Shown here: positions 31,669 to 41,316 of the stretch, one piece after another
How the letters are laid out: each line of letters opens with the position of its first letter
Numbering within the stretch: position 1 is the stretch's first letter
Assembly: GCA_019057385.1 (NCBI GenBank)
Contig: JAHQJS010000007.1
Coordinates: forward strand, 811,685 to 875,684
Length of the DNA: 64,000 nucleotides
DNA from: Candidatus Borrarchaeum weybense
GTDB lineage: Archaea > Asgardarchaeota > Sifarchaeia > Borrarchaeales > Borrarchaeaceae
Reading direction: 5' to 3'
Program-made: the position numbers and the translations under genes
The notes under the pieces: model-generated
What the model saw: only the letters and a program-made list of their open reading frames with translations
What the model was told of the DNA's origin: nothing
The model's database searches: none

Positions 31669-31680
31669 TCCGTCAAATAG

Positions 31681-31729
31681 TTATAATTTCTCCGCAGGAA
31701 GCTCCAACCGTAAGGGTGGGGTAGTTCAC
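31681..31729 (+). mobile_element. ~49 bp miniature IS200/IS605 derivative (second type)
   Basis: TTATAATTTCTCCGCAGGAAGCTCCAACCGTAAGGGTGGGGTAGTTCAC: start resembles the left end at 27486, end resembles the right end at 1215-1251. Confidence 0.7.
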
Positions 31730-31769
31730 GTATGAGTTTTAAAAGTCTAAATTCGTAAAAAATGGAAGT

Positions 31770-32351
31770 GTGAATATGGATCTGACAGTTACATATTTTG
31801 AACAAACAGGAAAGTTAAACACTGAAAATGTACTGAATATCGCCAAAAAGCACGCGAAAAAATTCAACATAAAAAATATCATAATTGCCTCAACAACTGG
31901 TTACACTGGGCTTAAAGCAACCGAATTCTTTGATTCAGCAGATTATAATCTTGTAGTAGTCTCACATTCTGCAGGATTTAAAGAACGTGGTTTCCAAGAA
32001 CTGGGTGGAGAGGAAAGACATGCGATTGAAGAACGTGGCGCAAATGTATTAACATGCACTCATGCTTTTGCAGGTGTAGAACGAGCTTTTAGATTTAAAC
32101 TAAACATGTGGCAACCAGTTGAAACCTTTGCTCGGACTGTTCGATTCGTTTTCGGGGAAGGAATCAAGGTGGTAATGGAAATTACGATGATGGCTGCTGA
32201 CGCCGGACTAATAACTCTCGATGAAGATGTGATTGCTATTGCTGGCACAGGCCGAGGAGCGGACACAGCATGTATAATAAAACCAGAATATACGTCTAAC
32301 TTTTTAGATATGAGATTAAAAGCTATCTTATGTAAGCCATTTAATTTTTAG
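31770..32351 (+). CDS. Pyruvate kinase C-terminal-like domain protein (MTH1675 type)
   Basis: YF..G..NT, IIASTTGYT, GEGIKV..EI..MAADAG, GTGRGADTA. Confidence 0.8.
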   Translation: MNMDLTVTYFEQTGKLNTENVLNIAKKHAKKFNIKNIIIASTTGYTGLKATEFFDSADYNLVVVSHSAGFKERGFQELGGEERHAIEERGANVLTCTHAFAGVERAFRFKLNMWQPVETFARTVRFVFGEGIKVVMEITMMAADAGLITLDEDVIAIAGTGRGADTACIIKPEYTSNFLDMRLKAILCKPFNF

Positions 32352-32416
32352 CCACTTTCCTTTATTTATTTTAGCCAATATAAAAGTAATACAAGCAAAA
32401 ATCTTACTAAATGATC

Positions 32417-33628
32417 TCATTTTGTCAAATCAAAAAGAAGGGGCATTATTCTTTCCCCGCGAATTCTTGATAGACCTCCTTTTGAAGCTGCTTTCTCGTT
32501 AAATGCTTTTACTTTGTCCTTTTTTATTTTAGTTCCATAAATTGAGATTGGTGTCGGATCGGCTGTATGATCCTTATAATCTACAGGGGTAGCGTGATCT
32601 GACACGAGAATGATATAAAGTTCTTCCCAGGCAATTTGATCAAGAAGCAATCCCACCATACAATCTATTTTTTCAATTATTTCCACCTTCCCTTCGAAAT
32701 CTCCATCGTGACCTGCTTCATCGGGTCCCTCTATATGAAGCAAAACCAAATCGTGATCTTCTAGAAGATTTAAAGCAGCACTAGCCTTGGCATAAACATT
32801 TGTATCTATGTATCCAGTAGCTTCTGGCACATCAACAACTGTCATGTTGATAAATTTGCAAAGGCCTTTAATTAAACTAACTGCGCCTACACACGCTCCT
32901 TTCAAGTTCCAGTTATTAGGAGGGGCTCTTAAATCTGAAACATATCCTCCCTTCCAGGGAATCACCACATTTGCGGGAAATTTATTTTGTGTTTTACGAG
33001 TTACATTTATTGAGTGATCACGAAGTAGTTCATACGATGTTTCTATGAACTCATTTAAGATCTTTGTAGTCCTTATGGCACTCTTTGAATCCTTTACAGG
33101 TTTAATTATAGCTTTTTCACCCTCTTGCATGATCTTTGGGCAAATAACTTCTGAGGAACAGTTTTTGCCTCTTAAAATTAAAGAACCTCTAAAGTCTAGA
33201 CTTTCTTGAAATAATAATTCAACACCATCAATTTCATTCAATTCTCTTTTGATCAAATCTGCTAGTACTCTAACTCTTTCTCTAATTCTTCCTGCACGTG
33301 CATCAATAATATCATACTCTTTGTTTATCGTTGCAAAATTGCATCTAAATACGATATCACCAATCATGGGGATCAGACCTGCACCTAAAGCTTCAAAAAA
33401 ACCTCTTCCATTTTTAATTTTGGTATAGTCATATCCGAGCATAGAAAGATGTGCTTCTGCGCTCCCTGGGGCTATTCCAGGCGCTATTGCATTTAAAAGA
33501 CCGTTGATTCCTTCCGCTGCTATGTAATCCATATTTGGAGTATTCGCCCATTCTAACGGAGTAAAACTTCGTATTTCCGATGTTCTATCCGCCATTCCAT
33601 CTCCAACAATAAAAAGAAATTTCTTCAT
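32417..33628 (-). CDS. apgM: Cofactor-independent phosphoglycerate mutase (archaeal ApgM family)
   Basis: VGDGMAD, TPLE.A.TPNMD, PGS..AHL, DEAGH, SDHATP; ATG at 33628 preferred. Confidence 0.8.
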   Translation of the reverse strand: MKKFLFIVGDGMADRTSEIRSFTPLEWANTPNMDYIAAEGINGLLNAIAPGIAPGSAEAHLSMLGYDYTKIKNGRGFFEALGAGLIPMIGDIVFRCNFATINKEYDIIDARAGRIRERVRVLADLIKRELNEIDGVELLFQESLDFRGSLILRGKNCSSEVICPKIMQEGEKAIIKPVKDSKSAIRTTKILNEFIETSYELLRDHSINVTRKTQNKFPANVVIPWKGGYVSDLRAPPNNWNLKGACVGAVSLIKGLCKFINMTVVDVPEATGYIDTNVYAKASAALNLLEDHDLVLLHIEGPDEAGHDGDFEGKVEIIEKIDCMVGLLLDQIAWEELYIILVSDHATPVDYKDHTADPTPISIYGTKIKKDKVKAFNEKAASKGGLSRIRGERIMPLLFDLTK

Positions 33629-33739
33629 GTCTATGCGCTTCCAAAATCCCTTAAATCTTTTCTGTAAAGCCTTAGAGCTTATACTGTATCCAATCATTAA
33701 AGGAGGCTATTTCCATTTGTCAATGACGTTGGATTCTGC

Positions 33740-33785
33740 TCTGGATCTAAATACAGGGAGAGATAGAATGAATATTAGAGACCTA
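33740..33785 (-). ncRNA. Candidate sRNA/leader RNA copy C (UCUAUCUCUCC...GAUCC family); 3' extent uncertain
   Basis: TTTATATA box at 33815-33808, AGGT 24 nt downstream, shared core at 33743-33768; weaker stem than copies A and B. Confidence 0.4.
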
Positions 33786-33963
33786 GGTTAATATATCCTA
33801 CTTCAAATATATAAATATGATATATTCTCTGTAATCGCATAAAAAGAACGACATGCCAGAAACTTGCCATAACGTTTACAATGTCGATTCTGAAACCCTA
33901 TGCGATTAAATACGACGTCAAGATTTGAAATGCTACTGTTCGATTGATTAAGAGGTACGATGA

Positions 33964-35046
33964 ATGCAGAACATTAACATCTTGTCTTTATTTTTATTTT
34001 TTGAAAATGTTTTAAGAGCAGATCAGAGACTGCAAATGCTCATAACAATTTTCTTAGCCTTTTTAATAGATTTAACGGTAGGAGAACCACCAGAATCCAT
34101 ACATCCAGTAGTATTGATAGGAAAAGTGATTAGGAAGTTAAAGAATGCTTTGAAGCATCAAAATCCACGCATAGAGAAATTCAATGGTTTAATACTAGCA
34201 GTAAGCACAATTATAATCTTTGTAATTCCCTTACTTTCATTGTTAATGATTGTTCGTATATTTCTTGGAATATTGGCCTCGATTTTATTCGCGGCATACC
34301 TTCTAAAAACAACCTTCTCAATGAAGTTTTTTATCAGTTTAATATCTCCAATTGCAAACGCACTCGAAAGAAATGATATTGAGGACGCCAGAAACCTTGT
34401 ATCACGTGTGGTTGGAAGGGATACGTCAATCTTAGATAGCAGGCTAGTTGCATCAGCAGCAGTTGAAACGACTGCAGAAGGGATACCTGATTCTTTGATC
34501 TCACCAATTTTTTATTTTATTATTTTTGGAGTATTTGGAATTGTAACTGGAATAATTGGTGCGTTAGTATTTCGAGCAGTAAGCACTTTGGACTCGATGG
34601 TTGGTTACAAAGATTCCGAACATATCAATATAGGTATGGTTTCAGCAAGATTAGATGATGTTGCGAATTTCATTCCTGCTCGTCTTTCCGCATTATTAAT
34701 CGTTATTGCCTCTGCTCTTCTTAGAGAAAATTATAAAAACTCATGGAAAATAATGTGGAGAGATGGATCTACAACAAGTAGCATTAATTCTGGATGGGTG
34801 ATGGCTGCTGCTGCCGGTGCGCTTAATGTTCAACTTGAAAAGCCGGGAAATTATTTGCTTGGGGATGCTATTGAGGTTGTGAACACAAGCCATATTTTTC
34901 GAACCACTAAAATATTGAAATTTACGATATTACTCTTTATATTGTTTATATGCTTTCCACTCATCCTTTTTAGTCCATTTGTCAGCCGTCCATTGCTTAG
35001 ATTTATTGCTGTATCAATAGCATCGATTTTAATGGTTTATATTTAA
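33964..35046 (+). CDS. cbiB: Adenosylcobinamide-phosphate synthase CbiB
   Basis: GEPP..HPV, VGRDT, TLDSMVGYK, ARLDDVANFIPARL. Confidence 0.9.
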   Translation: MQNINILSLFLFFENVLRADQRLQMLITIFLAFLIDLTVGEPPESIHPVVLIGKVIRKLKNALKHQNPRIEKFNGLILAVSTIIIFVIPLLSLLMIVRIFLGILASILFAAYLLKTTFSMKFFISLISPIANALERNDIEDARNLVSRVVGRDTSILDSRLVASAAVETTAEGIPDSLISPIFYFIIFGVFGIVTGIIGALVFRAVSTLDSMVGYKDSEHINIGMVSARLDDVANFIPARLSALLIVIASALLRENYKNSWKIMWRDGSTTSSINSGWVMAAAAGALNVQLEKPGNYLLGDAIEVVNTSHIFRTTKILKFTILLFILFICFPLILFSPFVSRPLLRFIAVSIASILMVYI

Positions 35047-35076
35047 TGACCTTTATAATATCAAAAAGCTATATTT

Positions 35077-35760
35077 GTGATAAAAATGACACCAGATATA
35101 GAAGAGATCAAAATTGATGGAATAACTGCTGAGATTAACGAAAATGCCATTATAATTAACTCAGATATTCCATTGAAAACTTTAAGTTCAGCAGTTCTAA
35201 ATGGGGGACTCATTGAAAGTCGAAGCATATTGAACTATCAAGTTCCTTTAGATTATTCACATGATGATCCAAAAAAGGACTTAAAACGTGTTTCTGAGGC
35301 ATTTGATCTTAAACCACCAGTAATTGGGCTGATGACTGGTGTCAATATTAAAAATGTTTCAATTAAAAACGAAATGCGTAATAACATATCAACATGTGCA
35401 ATAATAACAGCGGGGCTTTCTAATCCTGCCGCTGCTGGAGATTATATTCCTATACAAGATTTCGGTACGATAAATATTATTGTGTTGATTGATGCTGATT
35501 TGACGAATTCTGCATTAGTAGATGCAATTAAAACAATAACTGAGGCAAAAACCTTAGTATTGCATGATTTAGATATAAGAAGTCCCTATTCGAAACATTT
35601 TGCGACAGGTACAACGAGTGATGCAGTAGTTGTTGCATGTACAGGACAAGGCGGAACTTATGAATATGCTGGTACTGCAACCAAAGTGGGTTATTTAAGT
35701 GCCAGAGTCGTTATAAAGGCTTTAAAGATCGCTCTAGAGAAACAAGAGGGAATTGTATAG
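35077..35760 (+). CDS. cbiZ: Adenosylcobinamide amidohydrolase CbiZ
   Basis: LSSAVLNGG, GLMTG, TAGLSN, GTINI, TEAK, ATGTTSD. Confidence 0.88.
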   Translation: MIKMTPDIEEIKIDGITAEINENAIIINSDIPLKTLSSAVLNGGLIESRSILNYQVPLDYSHDDPKKDLKRVSEAFDLKPPVIGLMTGVNIKNVSIKNEMRNNISTCAIITAGLSNPAAAGDYIPIQDFGTINIIVLIDADLTNSALVDAIKTITEAKTLVLHDLDIRSPYSKHFATGTTSDAVVVACTGQGGTYEYAGTATKVGYLSARVVIKALKIALEKQEGIV

Positions 35761-35774
35761 CGGAGGCGAAAAAG

Positions 35775-36629
35775 CTGGCATTTAAGAAAATTAAGTATCT
35801 ATTTTCATTTCTTACAACTTTGCCTGTTAAAGGTCCTGAATCCTTTGAAGAAATAGCAGATGGCTTCTACATTGCACCATTTGTCGGCTTTATAATAGGC
35901 TGTCTCGCAGGTCTCTTAGCTTATATTCTATCTTTAATTTTTCCTCCTTTACTTACTGGAATACTAATTTTGGGATTTCTTTTCCTGATAACTGGATTAC
36001 ATCATACAGACGGGCTATTTGATTTTGGCGATGGTTTAATGGCACATGGAGATCCGGAAAGACGACTAGAAGTTATGACAGACCTAAGAATTGGTGTAGG
36101 TGGGATAGGATTAGGTTTAATAATACTAATGACTACATTTCTGTCTATTTCTGAGATAATTAGACTCTCCAGTCCATTTTCCGCACTTATTATTCCCGGA
36201 TCATTTCGTGTTAATACGTTCCTAGAATTCTTTCTTGGTATACCTATGATTATACAAGCCTTAATTATAGCTGAAGTTTCAGCAAAATTGTCTATGGTTA
36301 TGATAGCAGCAGCAGGAAAACCCGCAAAAAAGGAAAGTATGGCTTTAACAGTCATTAAAAGAATGAAAAACAAAGGCAAATTCGCAATAAGTATAATTCT
36401 TTCGCTACTGTTTCTAGTTCCTTTTCAGTGGATTGGAATAATTGGTTTGTTTACTGGAATACTAGTAGCACTTTTAATCAACTCTATATCAGTTAAACGA
36501 TTCAATGGGATTACAGGGGATGTAATGGGTGCAACAAATGACATTTCACGCGTAGTAACTTTGTTATGCATAATAGCAATCACCGAAATGGTTTGTCCGT
36601 GTGCATTGGGCTTTAGGATACCGATCTAG
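35775..36629 (+). CDS. cobS: Adenosylcobinamide-GDP ribazoletransferase CobS (probable CTG start at 35775)
   Basis: FLTTLP N-terminal motif, TGLHHTDGLFDFGDG, GITGDVMGA. Confidence 0.88.
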   Translation: MAFKKIKYLFSFLTTLPVKGPESFEEIADGFYIAPFVGFIIGCLAGLLAYILSLIFPPLLTGILILGFLFLITGLHHTDGLFDFGDGLMAHGDPERRLEVMTDLRIGVGGIGLGLIILMTTFLSISEIIRLSSPFSALIIPGSFRVNTFLEFFLGIPMIIQALIIAEVSAKLSMVMIAAAGKPAKKESMALTVIKRMKNKGKFAISIILSLLFLVPFQWIGIIGLFTGILVALLINSISVKRFNGITGDVMGATNDISRVVTLLCIIAITEMVCPCALGFRIPI

Positions 36630-36635
36630 CCAAAA

Positions 36636-37268
36636 GTGAGTAGAATGAAGGTAACTGCGTTGATAATGGGAGGGGGCAAAGGTACTAGAATGAAATCTAA
36701 AGAAGAAAAAACATTAATTCTATTGAATGGCAAGCCAATAATCTATTGGGTTATCGATGCGATCCACGCTGCTAAAAATGTTAAGGAAATAATCGTAGCA
36801 ACTAGTTATGCATCACCACAAACGAGAAAATATTTACATCAACTTGATGTTAAGATCATAGATACTCCAGGAAAGGGATTCCATGAAGATATGAAACATG
36901 CAATCCTTACTGAACAGATTAAGGATCATGTCTTGGTAGTCGCTGGAGATTTACCTCTTCTAACAGGAGAGTTAATTGATATAATAGTTGATTATTATGC
37001 GACTTTGGAAATCCCGAGCTTGGCGGTTATGGTTCCACTTGAAGTTTTTATAAAACATGATTTAACGCCTTCGATAATATTTACCATTGATGAAAAACAA
37101 GTAATACCAGTAGGTGTAAATATAAATGATGGAAGTCATATTGATAAGAAGGAAATAGATCAAGAAATCATGATTGTCGAAGACGTTAGATTAGCATGCA
37201 ATGTGAACACCTTGAATGACTTATCTATTGCAAAAAGTCTTTTCCAGCAACTACGAAAATTAAAGTAA
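36636..37268 (+). CDS. cobY: Adenosylcobinamide-phosphate guanylyltransferase CobY
   Basis: MGGGKGTRM...EK, DLP, NVNT..DL; context. Confidence 0.85.
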   Translation: MSRMKVTALIMGGGKGTRMKSKEEKTLILLNGKPIIYWVIDAIHAAKNVKEIIVATSYASPQTRKYLHQLDVKIIDTPGKGFHEDMKHAILTEQIKDHVLVVAGDLPLLTGELIDIIVDYYATLEIPSLAVMVPLEVFIKHDLTPSIIFTIDEKQVIPVGVNINDGSHIDKKEIDQEIMIVEDVRLACNVNTLNDLSIAKSLFQQLRKLK

Positions 37269-38474
37269 TGAGTCTTTACGCTCCTTTGTTTTGTTAGAAA
37301 ATGAGATGTTAAGAATCTCTGCTATGGTAGGGGCTATATTCAGGATGTTTCCGTTTTCATGGAATCCTTTAGATAAATTACTCCCAATAAGCGATAAGAA
37401 AATTCCCATATCAGAAGACGAAAGGGATCCATGAATTGCTTTTGCATAGTGAGAATCTGTAACTCCTCCCTTAAAACATACAGTAAGATCGCCGATGTCT
37501 TTAGTAACAACATAGTATGGACTCAGTTCGTGAGGGCGTGCAACAAATTCAACTTTAGATCCAAAAGAAGACAGAATTTTGTGTTGAATCTCATTGATGA
37601 GTGAATTTGATTCAGAATACAAATAAGAGAGTCCCCCATTTCTAATTATAATTGCAGAGTTATCCTCAATCGGAAGTGTTATTCTCTCCGTAACTTCTGT
37701 TGACCCATGGTCGCTCATTATAAAAATAACTGGAGAGTCGTACTTATTCATAATGTATGAAAGGAGTTCTTCTATAATTTTTTCCAATAATGGAAGATGA
37801 TTATTAACTTCTGCTGAATCCTTACCATAATAGTGCTTTAAAAAGTCTAGATAAGGAAAGTGAAATAATAATAAATCACTAGCATCATTTTTAATCGCTT
37901 GTTTTGCTAATTGCATAACCCAGATGTCTGGATTGTCGACATATTTTTGCCCGAGAGGATCATTAACATCGTCAACATGAAAAGAATAGGAATCGTCTAT
38001 CTGTTCACTTATCCAATAGGGTACCTTCGATAAAGGTACTTCAAATGGAAATGAGGCAATATCCTCATACTTGATATAAGTAGGTTCTAGGATTATGTCT
38101 GCACCTCTGCCACAGATTCTTCCTACGGCAAAACCAGTGATCATCATCGTTCTTAAACCATTTTTACTAGCTATTTCAAAGATAGTTTCTGTCGCTATCG
38201 CATTTGGATCCCAATTTCTTACGTCCTGAAAAAGCATCTTCTTTTTTTGAGTTCTATCATAGAAATTACCGATTATACCATGTTTATTTGGCGGCAAGCC
38301 TGTGAGCATACTTGAAATTGACGAAAATGTAAGCGATGGAAAGATTGTCTGTGCATTTGGAAAATGCATCGCGTTATTTTTCAGATTGGATAACTGCGGA
38401 CATTTTTGAAGATCATTATGAGTCAAACTATCAATTAATATGATAAAGACCTTATTTTGGTTCATGAGATCCAT
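37260..38474 (-). CDS. Alkaline phosphatase superfamily (nucleotide pyrophosphatase/phosphodiesterase) protein
   Basis: ILIDSL, FPSLT...TGL.P..HGI, D..KH, SDHG, HGS, IAPTI. Confidence 0.8.
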   Translation of the reverse strand: MDLMNQNKVFIILIDSLTHNDLQKCPQLSNLKNNAMHFPNAQTIFPSLTFSSISSMLTGLPPNKHGIIGNFYDRTQKKKMLFQDVRNWDPNAIATETIFEIASKNGLRTMMITGFAVGRICGRGADIILEPTYIKYEDIASFPFEVPLSKVPYWISEQIDDSYSFHVDDVNDPLGQKYVDNPDIWVMQLAKQAIKNDASDLLLFHFPYLDFLKHYYGKDSAEVNNHLPLLEKIIEELLSYIMNKYDSPVIFIMSDHGSTEVTERITLPIEDNSAIIIRNGGLSYLYSESNSLINEIQHKILSSFGSKVEFVARPHELSPYYVVTKDIGDLTVCFKGGVTDSHYAKAIHGSLSSSDMGIFLSLIGSNLSKGFHENGNILNIAPTIAEILNISFSNKTKERKDSLL

Positions 38475-38497
38475 TCCAAACGCCTATAATATAATAT

Positions 38498-39559
38498 CTA
38501 GCTAGTTCTTTCACTAACACCTGCATCGGCAAAAGTAGCCATCTCGTTGAGAATTTTTATGCTTGCTTCGACTAATGGCATGGCTAATGCGGCACCTGTT
38601 CCTTCACCTAGTCTGAGATCAAGATTTAAAAGCGGCCTTTTATTAAACGTTTCTAGAATGATTTGATGGCCACGCTCTACCGATAAATGGGAGGCAATGA
38701 AATAATCTTTTACATTTGGCTGTAATTTATATGCTACTAGAGCCCCAGCACTAGAAATAAATCCGTCTAGTAAAATAGGTATCTTATGTGCTGCTGCTGC
38801 TAAAACCACACCAGTAATGCCGCCAATTTCAAAACCTCCAACTTTCGATAATACATCAATAGGATCAGTAATATCAGGATTATGCTTCGCCAAGGCTTTT
38901 TTTATTACATCGATTTTGTGAGCTAGCATTTCATCGTCAATACCAGTTCCCCGACCTGTTACTTGTTCAACGGGTGCTCCTGTAAGGGCAGCTACTATTG
39001 CAGAACTTGTAGTTGTATTGCCAATGCCCATATCTCCACAACCAACTATATCAATACCATTCTTAGCCTCTTGCTCAAATACCTCAATTCCCGCTTCAAT
39101 AGATCTAATTGCCTCATCTTTAGACATAGCATGGTCTTCAGCAAAATTTTTTGTGCCATAATTGATTTTCTTATTGATAATTTTGCCAGAAGCTTCATTA
39201 AGATCGGCTGCAACCCCCATATCTACTACTACGACTTTAGCATCAACATGCCTTGCCAATACGTTAATGGCAGCTCCACCTCTCACGAAATTGTATACCA
39301 TTTGTGGTGTAACCTCTTGAGGATACCCCGTAACGCTTTCTTTGACTACTCCGTGATCTCCTGCTAGTACAAAAATTACTTTCTTCTTTATCTTATATTC
39401 CTCATTTTCAGTTATCGTCAATACATCTTTAGTGATTTCTTCTAGCATTCCAAGAGAGCCAAGCGGTTTTGTAAGAGCATCTAGACGTTTTTGCGTTTTT
39501 GCTTTTAATTCATTCTTAATTGGTGAGATTTGATTTAATGTTTTCTTCAATACGTCCAT
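38498..39559 (-). CDS. cobT: Nicotinate-nucleotide--dimethylbenzimidazole phosphoribosyltransferase
   Basis: LTKPLGSLG, AGDHGV, MGIGNTT, LRLGEGTGA, MATFADAGV. Confidence 0.92.
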   Translation of the reverse strand: MDVLKKTLNQISPIKNELKAKTQKRLDALTKPLGSLGMLEEITKDVLTITENEEYKIKKKVIFVLAGDHGVVKESVTGYPQEVTPQMVYNFVRGGAAINVLARHVDAKVVVVDMGVAADLNEASGKIINKKINYGTKNFAEDHAMSKDEAIRSIEAGIEVFEQEAKNGIDIVGCGDMGIGNTTTSSAIVAALTGAPVEQVTGRGTGIDDEMLAHKIDVIKKALAKHNPDITDPIDVLSKVGGFEIGGITGVVLAAAAHKIPILLDGFISSAGALVAYKLQPNVKDYFIASHLSVERGHQIILETFNKRPLLNLDLRLGEGTGAALAMPLVEASIKILNEMATFADAGVSERTS

Positions 39560-39660
39560 CTTAAACCCTCATTAAATCTTTTTGACAACTCCAACAATTC
39601 TATAGCCTTTACTAGGACCAAAGGATGCTCATGTGAATCTATAATCAATTGAAACCTTCC

Positions 39661-40611
39661 TTAGTTTTTTACAGGATAGAGACCACATATTTTGCAATAA
39701 TTCTTATTCATTGCAACTCCTCCACCACATCTTGGGCATATTTTTTCGTTATCATTAGGAGGAGGTATCTCCCCAACCGTCTCACGATATATCTTGAAAT
39801 AATAAGCTTGTTCTTGACTATCTAAAGGAACAATCTTGGACAAATCATTGAATTCTTCCGTCTCAATACAAAATATTGTACTTAGATTTGTACTTCCGCT
39901 TCCTGCTTCTATCGGATACTTGGGCCTCCATACAACATCTGGAGATAAAATCTCTTCAAACGCTTTTCTTAGTATGTATTTTCCATGAGTTATTCCTTTA
40001 CGTTCTGCTATTTTGAGCTCAGCAGGAATCTTAAGTGCTAAATCTATTATTCTTTCGTCAAGAATAGGCTGGAATACCCTTAATCCTAAACTTTCACCTA
40101 TAGGCTTAGCAGAAAAAGACCAACGTTCTACACCCTCAGTTATCCATTTATCTACATCGCAGGGTTCTAGTTCAAACATGAAAGAATAGCCTGCGAAGAG
40201 TTCATCGCCTCCATCACCGGTGAGGACTGATTTAACACCAAACTCTTTTAGATATTTCAAACCGATATAGATTGTTATGTCATTTCTAATTTCCATTGGA
40301 TCGAATGTTCTAAGCGTTTTAATTACATATTCTGCAGCCTCAGCAGCTTCCTCAAGGGTAAAAAGTTTAACAAAGTTTTGAAATGAAAACCGGTCAGCAA
40401 CTATTTTTGCATAATAGAGATCAGGTGCGTCGCTATCAGAAAAACCAACTGAAAGAGTAATCGGCTTAAAATATCGGCTAACTAAAGCTGCTACAATTGA
40501 AGTATCAAGACCACCTGAAAGCAGGAAAGCATCGGCATAATAATCTTGAATGACTTCATTAAAAACTCTTAAAATTTCGTCTGTATACTTCTTTATACTA
40601 TGTTCTTGCAA
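39661..40611 (-). CDS. Asparagine synthase C-terminal-domain protein with terminal zinc ribbon
   Basis: LSGGLDTS, TGDGGDELFAGY, KYILRKAF, CPRC...CKIC; no glutaminase domain. Confidence 0.8.
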   Translation of the reverse strand: MQEHSIKKYTDEILRVFNEVIQDYYADAFLLSGGLDTSIVAALVSRYFKPITLSVGFSDSDAPDLYYAKIVADRFSFQNFVKLFTLEEAAEAAEYVIKTLRTFDPMEIRNDITIYIGLKYLKEFGVKSVLTGDGGDELFAGYSFMFELEPCDVDKWITEGVERWSFSAKPIGESLGLRVFQPILDERIIDLALKIPAELKIAERKGITHGKYILRKAFEEILSPDVVWRPKYPIEAGSGSTNLSTIFCIETEEFNDLSKIVPLDSQEQAYYFKIYRETVGEIPPPNDNEKICPRCGGGVAMNKNYCKICGLYPVKN

Positions 40612-40628
40612 GTGTTTTTTACCCCCTA

Positions 40629-41285
40629 CTAGATTACGTTAAAATCCTCTATCTCAAGAAGCAATCGGTCGTCTTTCACAACTTTTTTGCTCGCTACTAT
40701 TTCTATACGCCGCTGGAAGAATGGACCATTAGTTACAAGGGTGTGATATTCACCATTTTCGCCACACAAATCGATTTCTCGACTTCTGAGGTAATCTATA
40801 AATTCCCAGTTAAGGGGATGTCCTATCCAGTCGTCATGTATAAGATCAGATTTAACGCTGATAATTTTGGCTTCAAAACCATTATTTATGAATTCCATTA
40901 GTAGATTTTCGTATTTTTGCTTCCATAACGGTTCAAAAACATCGAGTTCAGCTTCTTCACAAACCTTCTCGACCCAATCTCTGTTTTCCTGAAAATCTAT
41001 GTCTCCAAATACTCCGCTTTCGATGCCTCTATTCCTCAGTTCCTTAATTCTTCTCTTAAATTCTCGTTCATAATCTTCCCAAGAAGCCCTCCCATAAACT
41101 ATTGGAATTCCAATTGCTTTAGCTTGTGCATCAATAATTTCTTTTCTTAAACCATGACCTCTAGACCGTAAACCGTCTTCGTCAAGCATGTTAAATAGGA
41201 ATTCAACATGTAAACCGGTTTTCAGAGCTCTAAATAACGCCAAGCTACTTTCTTTACCACCGCTCCAAGAAACAAAAACTCTCAA
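40629..41285 (-). CDS. Diphthine-ammonia ligase-like ATP pyrophosphatase, copy 2
   Basis: Close paralog of 29249-29905. Confidence 0.85.
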   Translation of the reverse strand: MRVFVSWSGGKESSLALFRALKTGLHVEFLFNMLDEDGLRSRGHGLRKEIIDAQAKAIGIPIVYGRASWEDYEREFKRRIKELRNRGIESGVFGDIDFQENRDWVEKVCEEAELDVFEPLWKQKYENLLMEFINNGFEAKIISVKSDLIHDDWIGHPLNWEFIDYLRSREIDLCGENGEYHTLVTNGPFFQRRIEIVASKKVVKDDRLLLEIEDFNVI

Positions 41286-41316
41286 CGGATTTCACCTTCT
41301 TTATTATGAATTTACT

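Noticed and set aside
33768-33791. 7-aa + strand uORF (MNIRDLG) after GGAGAGATAGA
   Set aside because: Equivalent peptides are not conserved at the other motif copies; TATA position and G-U pairing favour the minus strand.
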